DNA of 64,000 nt from Octopus sinensis. Taxonomy: Eukaryota. Both the position numbers and the translations under genes were made by a program. The DNA is taken from the NCBI RefSeq assembly GCF_006345805.1, contig NC_042998.1, forward strand, positions 131,998,001 through 132,062,000. Reading direction: 5' to 3'. Shown in pieces: positions 36,942 through 48,943 of this stretch. The notes below the pieces were generated by a model. That model did no database searches and was not told where the DNA came from. It worked only from the letters and a program-made list of their open reading frames with translations. Numbering within the stretch: position 1 is the stretch's first letter; every line of letters starts with the position of its first letter.

Positions 36942-36979
36942 TCTTTTACGTTTCGAGCCTACGTTCTTCGACAGAAAGA
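36942..36979 (-). ncRNA. Minimal hammerhead-like motif with U at core position 6
   Basis: UCUUU-CUGUCGA-A-GAAC(GUAG)GCUC-GAAA-C-GUA-AAAGA: 5-bp stem I. Confidence 0.55.
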
Positions 36980-37154
36980 TACATAGAAAAGAAACAAGGA
37001 GAGAGAAAATGCGTGTAGGAGCTAACGGTCCAACATGGCGTTCTATAGATTTATATAAAGTTAATCCAAACATGAAATGAGAAAACTCAGCAACGCGAGG
37101 ACATGGAACTAGTATAGTATTATTGGACGCTCAGGAAAGAAGGAAAGAAGGAGG

Positions 37155-37189
37155 GTTTAACGTTTCGAGCGGAGCTCTTCGTCAGAAAC
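37155..37189 (-). ncRNA. Minimal type I hammerhead motif, intact
   Basis: GUUU-CUGACGA-A-GAGC(UCC)GCUC-GAAA-C-GUU-AAAC. Confidence 0.75.
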
Positions 37190-37270
37190 ATAGGAAAAGG
37201 AAAGATCCAAAGAATGGAAAACGGAGGAAAAAAGATCACCAACGGTACACACAAGGTCACATTTTGAATG

Positions 37271-37341
<71 letters not shown>

Positions 37342-37347
37342 ATATAA

Positions 37348-37645
37348 ACTTTTACTTGTTTCAGCTATTTTGACTACGGTCTTGCTGTGGAACCGCCTTC
37401 AAGGGTTTAAGTCGAACAAATCGACCCAAGAACGTATTCTTTTTAAGCCCAGTACTCATTCTGTTGTCTGTTTTGCCGAACCGCTAAGTTACGGGGACGT
37501 AAAAACACCAACACCGGTTGTCGATGAGCGATGGAGTATAAACACGGACACAAAAACACACACGTACACATAGATACATACAACCCCCCCACACACACAC
37601 ACATATATATATGTGCATAAAAGTGTGTGTATGTATGTATGTATG

Positions 37646-37685
<40 letters not shown>

Positions 37686-37900
37686 ATGTATGTATGTATG
37701 TATGTATGTATGTATGTATGTATGTATGTATGTATGTATACAATGGCCTTTAAGTTTAAATCTACAAAATCCACTCACACGACTTTGGTCAGCCCCAAGC
37801 TATAGTAACAGACGTTTGCTCAAGATATCACGCAGTGGGACTGAACCCGGAACCACGTGGTTGGAAAGAAAGCTCGTTAGCCTACAACCACGCCTGTGCC
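37348..37900 (-). mobile_element. SINE B, full length with expanded internal microsatellite
   Basis: Head and tail are present; about 180 bp of CA/TA/TATG repeats lie inside. Confidence 0.85.
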
Positions 37901-38453
37901 TATATGTGTGAGTGTGTGTGTGTGTGTGTGTGCGTGTGTGTGTGTGTGTACAAAGAAGAATTATTTGTGGTGTATAGTTCATTTAGCGTTCATAGGTTTC
38001 TCAAGGGAGCCTTCTTCGGCAATTGAAGCTAAAATTTGTTGTACAGTAAACGATCTGTAATCAGAAAGCAAATTGAAATCAGGTGGCCTACTGACAGAGC
38101 AGTATGCAATCGTGAAGTTTGCATGCACCAGTAAACATGGACTTGTGAGTAAAGACCAGGGAGTGGTTTTCAGTAATTACAGCGTGGGTAACATTTAAAA
38201 ACGCTGTTCTTTAGTAAATATTATGTAACTCAAGTCACCCTTGAAATCGAGGTCCAGGCGCATCACACGCACACACACATACACACAAATACATACGCGC
38301 TTACACACACAAGCACACACACCTAATAGATTTGACGAATAGTTAATTTTTTAACGTTTTGTATTCAAAACGCGTTAGATATGTGTGTGTGTGTGTGAGT
38401 GCATGAATGAGTGCTTGTCTGTATGTATGTATGCATGTTTTTTATATGTATAT

Positions 38454-38489
<36 letters not shown>

Positions 38490-38510
38490 GATGATGTATA
38501 TGTGTATGTA

Positions 38511-38672
38511 GGTGCAAGCGTTGCTGTGTGGTAAGAAGTTTTCTTCCCAACCACATGGTCCAGGGTTCAGTTCCACTGCGTGAGACCCAGGGCATATATC
38601 TTCTTCTATTGCCTAAGGATAACCAAATCCTTGAGTAGATTTTGTTGAAGAAAACTAGAAGCTCGTCGTATT
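38511..38672 (+). mobile_element. SINE B, 5' half
   Basis: GGTGCAAGCGTTGCTGTGTGGTAAG...GGGTTCAGTTCCACTGCG. Confidence 0.78.
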
Positions 38673-38719
38673 TATGTATACACACACACACGTGTGTGTG
38701 TGTGAGTGTGTGAGTGTGT

Positions 38720-39067
38720 GCGTGTGTGTAAAACAAAGGATTCTGTGTGTAGTACGTATGCATTTCTACAGTTTTCGACCGATTTTCACCAAACTTTACA
38801 CACACATTACGTATGTGCCAAAGATGGTCATGCACTATGACATTTTCTCCAGAGCTCCCGCAGGAAGTCGGAAACAAGGAGAAACGGTGTTTTACATGGG
38901 TTTTTCTCTGAAAACTTCAGCAGTTTTCAACCGATTCTCACCCTTTTATCTCTGTTTATTTCCCTCCCTTCTCCCTTTTTCTCATTCTCTGTTTCTCTTG
39001 CTTACACACATTCTCTCTCACCTTCTGTAATAGTACCTCTCTTTTAGTCTATGTCTGTTTTTGTCAT

Positions 39068-39145
<78 letters not shown>

Positions 39146-39599
39146 AATTCACACGCTCACTAACTTCTGTCTACAAATAGCTTCCGTGTATGTCAATTAG
39201 TCGTGCGTAGAAATCTCTGTTGTTACCGTTTTCGTACGTTCTCCCTGAAAAATAATTTTGTTATTTTTCATTTTTGTTCACCCAGTGTGTTTAAATTCAG
39301 TTTTGCCACATCTGCTTAAAAACTGACTTAAATGTATTTAAATTTTGTCGTGCGTAAATATCTTTACGGTATTTGTACGTTCTCCCTACAACATAGCTTT
39401 ACTTATTTAAAATTTTTTATACTCCGTCTATTTAAATACACTGTTTACATTTGTTCCTCAATCGAAAAGCGTTGTGCTTGTGGTCGTACATGCATATGTA
39501 TGACCACTATGGGCCACATACAACCGATAAGCAATGAGATTTCGACCACGCCACTGAGCGGTTATTCATAACAAAAATCTATCCAAAATCGGCTCAAGT
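38720..39599. repeat. Unclassified interspersed repeat running into the gap, possibly Helitron/Helentron-related
   Basis: Recurrent ccgattttcaccaaact-like motifs and an internal repeat (gtcgtgcgta...gtacgttctccct occurs twice); termini not identified. Confidence 0.35.
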
Positions 39600-39699
39600 N
39601 NNNNNNNNNNNNNNNNNNNNNNNNNNNNNNNNNNNNNNNNNNNNNNNNNNNNNNNNNNNNNNNNNNNNNNNNNNNNNNNNNNNNNNNNNNNNNNNNNNN
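39600..39699. other. Assembly gap (100 N)
   Basis: Run of N. Confidence 0.99.
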
Positions 39700-39883
39700 A
39701 GGGGAGAGGAGGAAGAGGTAGAGTGAAATACATATCGGCAAAAGAGAGAGTAAGGCGGGGTGGGGGGGGGCAAGCGTTAGCGAAATGGAAAAAGTAAATT
39801 ATATTGAAACAGGAAAAAAAACAAAGAAGTAATAACAATTCCGCCACAATGAGAGATAGTGTTTGTTAGTGTTTGTGTGTGTA

Positions 39884-39930
<47 letters not shown>

Positions 39931-40329
39931 GAAAGAGAGAGAGAACCGTAGAGAGAATCGAGGCATGAAGAATGTATAAGCTTAGTTGCTGCTGTTGTTA
40001 GTTATTGTTATGATTGTTCATGTAGTTTAGTGCTGTTCATCACTGGCCGAGTATACCTCATGAAAGGCTGGGTAAGAGAGTAGGAGGAGAGGAAAGGGAG
40101 AGAGAGAGAGAGAGAGAGATGCAGTAGAGTGGATGAATAGATACATGGGTACATGCAGAGAGAGAGAGAGAGAGACAGACAGACAGGACAGACAGAAGAC
40201 AGACAGAGACAGAGAGAAATGTGGTTGGATGGGTAGATACATGCACGCATACATATGTACGAACGTACATAAATACATACGTACATACATAAATATACAG
40301 ACAGACAGACAGACAGAGAGCTAGACAGC

Positions 40330-40416
<87 letters not shown>

Positions 40417-41279
40417 GGAAAGCGCGTGTGTCAAGGACCTCAAAACAGATACGAAGACAGAAACCAGAAGGAAGAAAACGAAAGAGAAGAGACAATGTGT
40501 GAATGTGTGCGTGTGTGTGTGTGTCTGTCTGTGTGCACGCGCATATGTGTGTTTGTGTGTATCTCTGTTTGCATGAGTGTGCGTAAAAGAGAGAGATACA
40601 GAGATAGTGAGATGACGAAGCAATATGGCAGACGATAGATATAAAACTGAAGGAGAGTGACAAGTCATCATGTGATACAACGGGAGAGAGAGAGAGGGGG
40701 TGAGAAAGAAACAAGACAAATGAAACAGGGAGACAAAAGTGAAAGACATGTAAAATAGAGAGAGTGAGTGAATGAGAGTGACGAGAGAGAAATGAATGCT
40801 ATTAAAATGGTAGCCTTGAAGTGTTAAGGGTGGGTGGGGTGGATGAAGTGATCAGAATTCTCAGTGTAATAAATAAATGGTAATCGGCCATTTTATGAAG
40901 TTTGGCAAAGGTTGATCGGTGCACCAACATCGAATGTCCTTGTTGCACTCAAATTGATAGGCAAAAAGAGAGAGACAGACAAACAGATAGATACAGATAT
41001 ATAGAGAGAGTGAGAGGAAGAAAGTATATGAGGGAAAAAGAGAGAGAGGAGCAGAGTGAAGGAGAGTGAGAGAAGGAGAGAGAAAAGACAAGGAGAGACA
41101 CAGCAGAAGGAGTGAAAAAAAATGGCGACCACAAAACCCTTGGATGGTACACGGTGATAATGGCGATGTTGTTGACGATGATGGCAGGGTGGCGATGGAG
41201 ATGTGCATCTTTGAGCGGGAAGTTCAAAGGCGACATGGTTCATTGATTTGGAGAGTAAGTGGGATGGTGGGTAAGAATG

Positions 41280-42062
41280 ATGCAAAATGGCGGTCCTGCT
41301 GGTGATGCTGATGGTGACGGTGCTGCTGCTAGGCATTGGCGGTGCCAGTTCTGGTACTGCTGCTGGTGGATTTCTTTGTGGTATGTTGATAGTGGTGTTG
41401 GTTAATAACGGTCACTGTGATGGTATTGGTATTAGCACAACTAGTAATGACGGTGCTGTGATGGTGATGGTGATGTTGGTGGTGTTGCTAGTAGCGACGG
41501 TGTTGTTGGTGACAGTGACCGTGGTGATGATGATGATGATGATGATGACGGTAGTAGTGGTAGTGACAACATTTCTATCGTCACGGTAGTGTTGGTGGTA
41601 TTATGGTTGTTGTTGTTTGTAGTTAGCGTTAATGTATGTATGTTGGTGCATGGTGCTGGTGTTGATAATAGAGGGAGTGTTGGTGATGATGATGATGATG
41701 ATGAGGAGGAGGAGGAGGGTAGTGATGACGATAATAATGATGATGTGAGGAGGCGGAGGAGGGTGAAGACCGTGATGAAGAGGAGGATGGTGATGATGAG
41801 GGTCATGATGATGGTGCGGTGATGATGATGATGATGAAAAGGGGGATGGTGATGATGATGTAAAGGGAGGAATAGTGATGATGAGGGTGATGCCGGTGGG
41901 GGTGGCAGCGGAGGAGCTGGGGGTGGCAGCAGTGGAGCTGGCGGTGGCAGCGGTGGAGCTGGCGGTGGCAGCGGTGGAGCTGGAAGTGGCAGCGGTGGAG
42001 CTGGCGGTGGTGCTGCTGATGATGAGGATGATGATGACGATGACGACGATGATGATAATCAC

Positions 42063-42123
<61 letters not shown>

Positions 42124-42310
42124 ATGATGAGGATGAGTAGGAGGAGGAAAGGGACGATGGTAGTGGCGATAGTGGTACGGTGGCGGTGGTGGTGGTGGTG
42201 GTGGCGTTGGCGGCGGCGGCGGCGGCGGCGGTTGGCGGTGGCGGTAGTGATGATGTCGATGGTCTTCGGCGGCGGACGATGGAGTGCGGCGTAGCATTGA
42301 GGATACTGGA
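41280..42310. repeat. Long compound trinucleotide low-complexity block with an embedded 21-bp minisatellite (41898-42002, 5 units)
   Basis: GAT/GGT/GGC/GAG runs; minisatellite unit GGCGGTGGCAGCGGTGGAGCT. Confidence 0.92.
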
Positions 42311-42614
42311 GGATGCGTGTTGGTTGGTAAGAGGTGCGATGGTAACAAACCATTGCAACCACCCTTCGTCACCGTCCACTTCCCAACCTTCTAACTGTAG
42401 AGTTGAGTAAGAAACAACTATGGAAATCAATACAACAGTTTTTATAGCTGACTTTTAATTTTGGGGTAGAATTTATCATAAAAGAAAGATGGTGGCTAAT
42501 ATGCCACACTCGCTTTACGCTTCTGTCTTCCTGCCTCCTCCTCTCCTCCTATTTCTCTTTGTCTCTTTCTTTCGCTATCTCTGATACAATCTCAAGCACT
42601 CTTTTAATTCTCTG

Positions 42615-42806
42615 TAGTGTGTGTCTGTGTGTGTGTGTGTATGTGTGTGTGTGTAGTGTGTGTGTGTGTGTGTGTGTTTGAGTGCCTGTGTGTGTGTGTG
42701 TTTGAGTGCGTGTGTATGTGTGTGTGTATGTGTGTGTGAGTGTGTGTGTGTTTGAGTTAGTGTGTGTGTGTGTGTGCGTGTGCGTGTGTGTGTGTGTGTG
42801 CTTGAG

Positions 42807-42871
<65 letters not shown>

Positions 42872-43176
42872 GTGTGTTTGAGTTAGTGTGTGTGTGTGTG
42901 TGGTGTGTGTGTGTACGGCAAGCTCTTATGTTCCAATTCACTCTCGAAGCCAACCAGATACAAACATACTCGGTTGTGAGTGGTTTTTCTGTCTTCCTTC
43001 TACTGTTTCACACTTGCGCTTCTTTATTTTCTCCCACTTTCCTTTCTCATTACATATATATGTGTGTGTATATGTATTTATGTTATATATATATATGTAT
43101 ATGTATGTATGTATGTATATATATGTATATATAATATGTATGTACTATGTATATATGTATGAATGTATGTATGTAA

Positions 43177-43218
<42 letters not shown>

Positions 43219-43245
43219 ATCTATCTATCTATCTATCTATGTATA
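42615..43245. repeat. (TG)n, (TATG)n and (CTAT)n microsatellites
   Basis: Direct inspection. Confidence 0.92.
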
Positions 43246-43394
43246 TGCATGCACTTATGTAAAAACGTGGAGAGAACGAGTGATATACAAACAAACAAAC
43301 AGATATTGGAATCTGAAAACTTCAATAAATATTTCTCTGAGTTTCACACATCCGATATTCGTGCGGTAATGGATGCTAGAACAATGGTAAGGCA

Positions 43395-43590
43395 ACAAGA
43401 TGGCGGAGTTGTTTGAGAGTCAAAATTAGTTTCGGCTCTTTATATACTGGGTTCAAAGCCCACTGAGGGCCACTTTGCTTTCCATCTTTTGTGGACGATA
43501 AAATAAAGTACTATTCAACTACCGAGGTTAACTGCTACCGGCTAACATCTACGGCTAAACTTGCTGCCCTTGTGTCGCAATTTGGAAAAC
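43395..43590 (+). mobile_element. SINE A-like diverged copy ending in an (ATT)n tail
   Basis: gggttcaaagcccactgagggccactttgctttccatc...ttgtgtcgcaatttggaaaacg(tta)n. Confidence 0.6.
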
Positions 43591-43622
43591 GTTATTATTA
43601 TTATTGTTGTTGTTGTTGTTGT

Positions 43623-44381
43623 CTTTGCACAGCTTCTAACGCTGGAGATGTACTACGGTATCAGCTTTTCACTACCAGTGAACTAAGGTAACGCCCCTTA
43701 GTTTTCGAGCACTATCCGGAGTATTCGAGCAGTTCCAAGCAGTGCTGTTTTCTACAAGTGTTCCACCCTTATTGCAGCCCCTATTTGTTCTATGTACTTC
43801 TCAAGATTTTTACTCACTGTTCCCAGGGCTCCGACAGTTATTGTTATTATTACAACCTTTTTCAGCGACCACAACTGCTTCACCTCCCAAGCTAACCTGT
43901 CATATCTATCGACTTTTCTTTCTTCCTTATTGCATACCTTGTTTTCAGCTAGGCATGCTATATCTACGACCCAGCATCGTTTGCTTTCTTTCTTAATTAA
44001 TACTATGTCTGGCTTCCTATTCTTTATCTCATAGTCGCACTGAATCATAAAATCCCATAGGATCTTTGCATTATCATTTTCGATGATGCCTTCAGGTTTA
44101 TGTTCGTACCACTTTTTTGCTCTCTCAAGTCCATACTTGTTGCAAAGTGTCTAATGGACAAGCCTGGCTATATTGTCGTGGCGTCTCTTATATTTTTTCA
44201 GGGCTAGTGGCGTACATTGACTGGTAATATGACATACGGTTTCACCATTTGTTCCACAAATTCTGCCTTTATCACTTTCTGATGTGTTGTCTATTCTGTA
44301 TGGTAATAACACATCAGAAAGTGATAAGTGCAGAATTTGTGGACAAAACAGCGAAACCGTATGGTATATTACCAGTCAATG
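43623..44381 (-). mobile_element. R4/Dong-like (RLE-type) non-LTR retrotransposon, 3' fragment with 5' fold-back
   Basis: The - strand gives RICG..ETVCHITSQC (zinc knuckle), KRRHDNIA, ILWDFMIQCD..RKPDIVLI..VDIAC..KEERKVDRY..GALG..LQKTALLGTARILR, plus a short 3' UTR. It is flanked by (GTT)n on both sides. Confidence 0.88.
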
Positions 44382-44404
44382 TTGTTGTTGTTGTTGTTAT
44401 TATT

Positions 44405-44800
44405 TATGATTTATTTTCATTATAACTTTACTTCAACTGCCTTAGTACCGGATATCCTCTGGAGGCCAAGAGTAGCAAGGTCACTTTTATTTTGCTATGC
44501 ATGCTAAATTTATTGCCACATTTATTCCATTTTAGACGGAGAGTGCTTTCCGTAGAATATGGGCTGTGCCCATCAAGGTTATCTGTTGTAGTTCACGGAG
44601 ATGGAGTTATCAGGGAGTTACTTAATATATTTAATATATTTCTTAGCTCCCTTCTTTATCATTCCCAACGCACCAATTACTACTGGTATTAGCGTAGTAC
44701 AAAGCTTCCACAATTTTGTGATTTCAATTTGCAGATCTTTATAGTGTGAAAGCTTTTCGTATTCTTTTCTTGAGACATTTTGATCTTGTGGGACAGACAT
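44405..44800 (-). mobile_element. Second R4/Dong-like 3' fragment (different family)
   Basis: MSVPQDQNVSRKE..YKDLQIEITKLWKL..PVVIGALG..LRELQQITLMGTAHILRKALSV* plus 3' UTR. Confidence 0.85.
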
Positions 44801-44801
44801 A

Positions 44802-44850
<49 letters not shown>

Positions 44851-44854
<4 letters not shown>

Positions 44855-45062
44855 CTGATTTTTTGTAGGTGTTCTGCTTTCACACGTGCACCTATATTTT
44901 TCAGCCATGTTGGTAATTGAGTGCTGATACTTCCAAGTGCACCGATTACTATTGGTATCACGTCTTCTCTCTTCATTGACCACAGCCTTCATATTTCCCA
45001 CTTTAAATCGTCGTAATTGTTTATTTTTTTCCTTCTTCTTTCACATTGATCTTGTTGCTTTG
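44851..45062 (-). mobile_element. Third R4/Dong-like internal fragment
   Basis: YDDLKWEI*RLWSMKREDVIPIVIGALGSIS..WLKNIG..EHLQK, bounded by (ATT)n on both sides. Confidence 0.82.
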
Positions 45063-45169
45063 ATATTATTATTATCATTGTTGATACTGTCTGGTATTGC
45101 ATCAGGGCTATTATTATTATCATTATTATTATTATTATCATCATCATTATCCTCATCATCATTATTAAG

Positions 45170-45350
45170 GCGGCGCGCTAGCAGAATCGTTAGCACGCCG
45201 GGCGAAATACTTAGCGGCATTTCGTCCGTCTTTACGCTCTGAGTTCAAATTCCGCCAAGCTAGAATTTGCCTTTCATCCTTTCTGGGTCAATGAAACAAA
45301 TACCAGTTAAGCACTGGGATCGATATAATCGACTAGCCTCCCTCCCCTTG
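45170..45350 (+). mobile_element. SINE A within an (ATT/ATC)n tract
   Basis: AAGGCGGCGCGCTAGCAGAATCGTTAGCACGCCGGGCG...GAGTTCAAATTCC. Confidence 0.87.
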
Positions 45351-45374
45351 TGTCTATAGTAAACAGAATTATTA

Positions 45375-45537
45375 TCATTATCATCATTTTGGTTTGGTTC
45401 AGGTTCGGTATTATTCCTGATAGAATTTACGAGGGTAGCGGGTTACTACCTGTAACCTTAAGTATCCACAAGTTTTCAGCAGTCTTTCAAGTGCTTAGAA
45501 CCCTCCTGATAATCCTTGCTGTCCCTAAGAGACAAAT
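45375..45537 (-). mobile_element. Fourth R4/Dong-like fragment (extreme C-terminus plus 3' UTR)
   Basis: CLLGTARIIRRVLST* followed by a UTR and AAT/GAT repeats. Confidence 0.75.
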
Positions 45538-45552
45538 TATTATTATGTTTAT

Positions 45553-45611
<59 letters not shown>

Positions 45612-48600
45612 TTATTATTATTATTATCATTATTATTATTATCATTACTATTATTATTATTATCATTATCATTATTATTAAAGCTATATATTAGCAGAAT
45701 TGATAGAATGTCGTACAAAGTGCCAGATGATGACTTTTCCATTTCTCCACGTTCTGAGTTTAAATCCTACCACAGACTTCACCTTTCATCGGTCTGACAC
45801 TAATAAAATAAAGACCATGATATCGACTAATTCTCTCCCCTTAAAACTTTTGGTCTTAATTACAAGCAATTATCATCATCCTGATCATTATTTCCATTAC
45901 TGTCATTGTCGTTCTTATTGTTGCTCTCGTTGCTATCGTTGTTGTTCATCGTCCCCAACCCTATTTTAAGAAAGCCCTATTGCGGACATTTTCTTCAAAT
46001 ATTACCTTTCCCGAAAAAAAAATGAAAAAGAAATGTTTATTTTCTTGAGGTTTTTTTAAGCACCAAAAGTCTTCGAAACATTTAAGCATTTAAGGTGAAA
46101 ATAGATTGATGGCGTAGTACAGAAGACTCAGTTTCTATGCGTGTGATAGTAAAGGATATCCACTCGAAGACATTCTGCAAAAAAGGAAAACGAAGAAAAG
46201 AAAAGGTGGAATGTTGCAGAGTTAGTAATAACAATAGCAAACTCCAAACATGAAGGACCATAGCTGCAACTATTTCCTTTTTCAGATCCCCACTAGTCGC
46301 AGCTCTGGGGTAGCCCGAACAAAAACTAGCTAAATCGAGTCGTCCTTATTGCTTTAGAACCATAGGACAACTAAGACTCAAAATCCGTTGTGTTTCCTCC
46401 TATTATAAGAGATCCACCAGAAACTACAACCAACAGAACCGCTCAAACGCTTTGCGTCGAAGGAAGGATGAAATATCCCTTAAAAGAAAAATGGGTTCAG
46501 AAAACGGAATACGCACAAGTAGAAGGCAGACAAAAGGCAGAAATTACTTCACGCCGAGGTGTCAAAATATATGACGTACTTAAACCTTACAATACTTCGA
46601 AATCATAGGGTAACACGCTTAATATCGATCTTAGCTGAGAAAATTCAAATACTGTGCTGATTGAAATAGTTTGGGTGGTGGAGACGTGTGTGGGTACCGG
46701 ACAAGGTCAGATCCTATGTATGATGCTGTGGATTTACTGGTTCTTCTTAAGCCGAGTGGATGCTGACAAATAAACAAGTAAGTACTAGTGACCTCTAGAT
46801 TATAGACTGCTGACGTAATCTCTGTCATCCATCTTATTAAGCTGTGAGATTTCTCTCCAGAAATCCTTCTCGGCGTAGCTAAAGCCGAAATTATTCAGGG
46901 GCAGTTTTAGGGACTCAGCTTACGTAACTGCTTGGATCTGTTGGTGGTCAGCTTCCACCTCTCGACTGTTCCTTTCACAAAAATTGTGCTCTTGTTCCTC
47001 TAATTGATACGCTGTCAGGAGAAAAAGATTCTGTAGATTTCTTGTTGTAAAGCTTCGTGTTTTAGCTTTTGTACAAGATATCACCGTAATTTTTAAGTAG
47101 ATAACTTTTTAACAGATTAAAGACTATTGACAAGATTTGAAGCGACAAATTCGAAAGTAGGCCACAAAGTTATTAACTAATACCTCAAATTATGTTTGTT
47201 GGTGACTTGAAACCCAGATTTCAGGGGATCAACTATTGTCAGATTTGTGATGTCTTCGAATATGGAGCAGATAGCAGGAAAATTTTTCTTTTTCCTTTTT
47301 TTTAGGTAAAAATGCCACCTATCACGCATAGAAGCACGTTTAGAGGAATTATTCAATCTGTTAGAGAATTAGAATATAGTCTTTGTATCGAACTAGTTGT
47401 GTTCTTTTGTAGTAGTGCATGGACAATTAACCGAAATGCATGCAGAAGATTTATACTTAAACAATGAACGGCTCGTTTCAAAAGTGCAGATTTTCTCAAC
47501 TGATAGCATTTTACGTTCAAAAAGATTAATTTTGATTGAACGTGTTCTGAGAAGAACAAACATACCAATGGCCACTCTTTTGAATAACAAAAATCAAACC
47601 ACAGAGTGTTATCGTGTTGGAAGAGCTTTACGAAAGAAATACATTTCACAAGTTAATGATTCAATATAAGATATAATAAAGCTACAAGCTTTACCTCGGG
47701 TAGGAACCAATGGTTAAATTAGATTTTCTATTGTCGAGTGCACCACATAACTCACTGCGGATACTTAAAGAAATGGGCTGTCAGAGATGAGATTAGAAAG
47801 AAATCATTATTATCATCATTTGAAGTACAGTGGTGTGACAGAAAAGATAAGGTCCGTTAATTAGTTATGGCATCTTAATTTCTGCATTCAGTAAGGACAA
47901 GGTTTCAATCACACAAATACCAATTATGTAACAGAGTTAATATTTTGTATTAATACTGGAGAAGCCGGTGTGCTGTAGTCGGTACGGTAGTACAACTTTG
48001 ACTGAGAAAAATGGTTCGAAGTGTTCGATTGTATACTTCGATACCTTTTAATTTAGTGTTATAAGATGGCTGCCTCAGAAGTAGAAGGAAAAAGTGCTAG
48101 CGCCAAAGAGGTGGTTAGTCGGTTGATAGCAGTAATGTAAAGCAAACAAGTCATAAAATTGTTAATCAAACATGCTGACAGAGCTTCGAACTTCGACAAG
48201 TATATTTGTGCAACAGAAGGTATAAAAAAGAGAATATTGGTGGAAGCACTTTGAATGAAAATAAATTTTGAATTTAAAAAAAAAAAACGGGACAGAAGCA
48301 ACAGCAACAATTTTCCGTTATTTACAAATACTGTGGATCAAAGCGAATGGTTTAATTTGAACCCAAAGAAGTAAACTAAGTGGATTAGTTAAGTCGCAAA
48401 AGGGAACATTTGGTTTGTATTTCAAGTAATCGCATAAGAAGCTCTCTCGATGATTCATGGTGGTGTTGGCCACGGTGGTCGTCGATGTCGTCTTGAGTAG
48501 TAGTCACAGTCGTTTGTCGTGGATGTAAGAACTACGATAGTCTCGCAGTAAAGAGAATCCGAAAACAGAGGTGTATGTGTATGCGCGCACGTGCATGTAT

Positions 48601-48670
48601 GTGTGAGAGAGAGAGAGAGAGAGAGTTTGTATGTATGTATATATGCATGTATTTACGTATGTATACATAT

Positions 48671-48722
<52 letters not shown>

Positions 48723-48806
48723 ATCGCTTGCCTTTCATTCCTGTTTTAATTTCTCGATTGCGCATGTTTTTAACTTGTGTGTGTTTGTGTGTGTGTGTGT
48801 GTGTGT

Positions 48807-48889
<83 letters not shown>

Positions 48890-48899
48890 GAAACACACA

Positions 48900-48943
<44 letters not shown>

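Larger units (their letters stand above)
36850..37270 (-). mobile_element. Two different Penelope-like terminal remnants in tandem
   Basis: Each has a hammerhead motif followed by TTCCTGAGCG(C/T)C. The right copy matches the family at 12100-12310; the left copy resembles the one near 59930-60120. Confidence 0.62.

Noticed and set aside
41589-41822. Apparent signal peptide plus acidic tail ORF
   Set aside because: It starts at GTG inside GTT/GAT low-complexity DNA; the hydrophobic and acidic runs are expected from those triplets.
46630-47100. Coding-looking composition on the - strand (e.g. LNNFGFSYAEKDFWREISQLNK)
   Set aside because: Frequent stops and no identifiable family.
47397-47669. 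90-aa non-repetitive ORF following TTCTTTTGTAG
   Set aside because: It starts at a non-ATG codon, has no recognisable domain, and has overlapping ORFs on the opposite strand; only a homology search or RNA-seq could support it.
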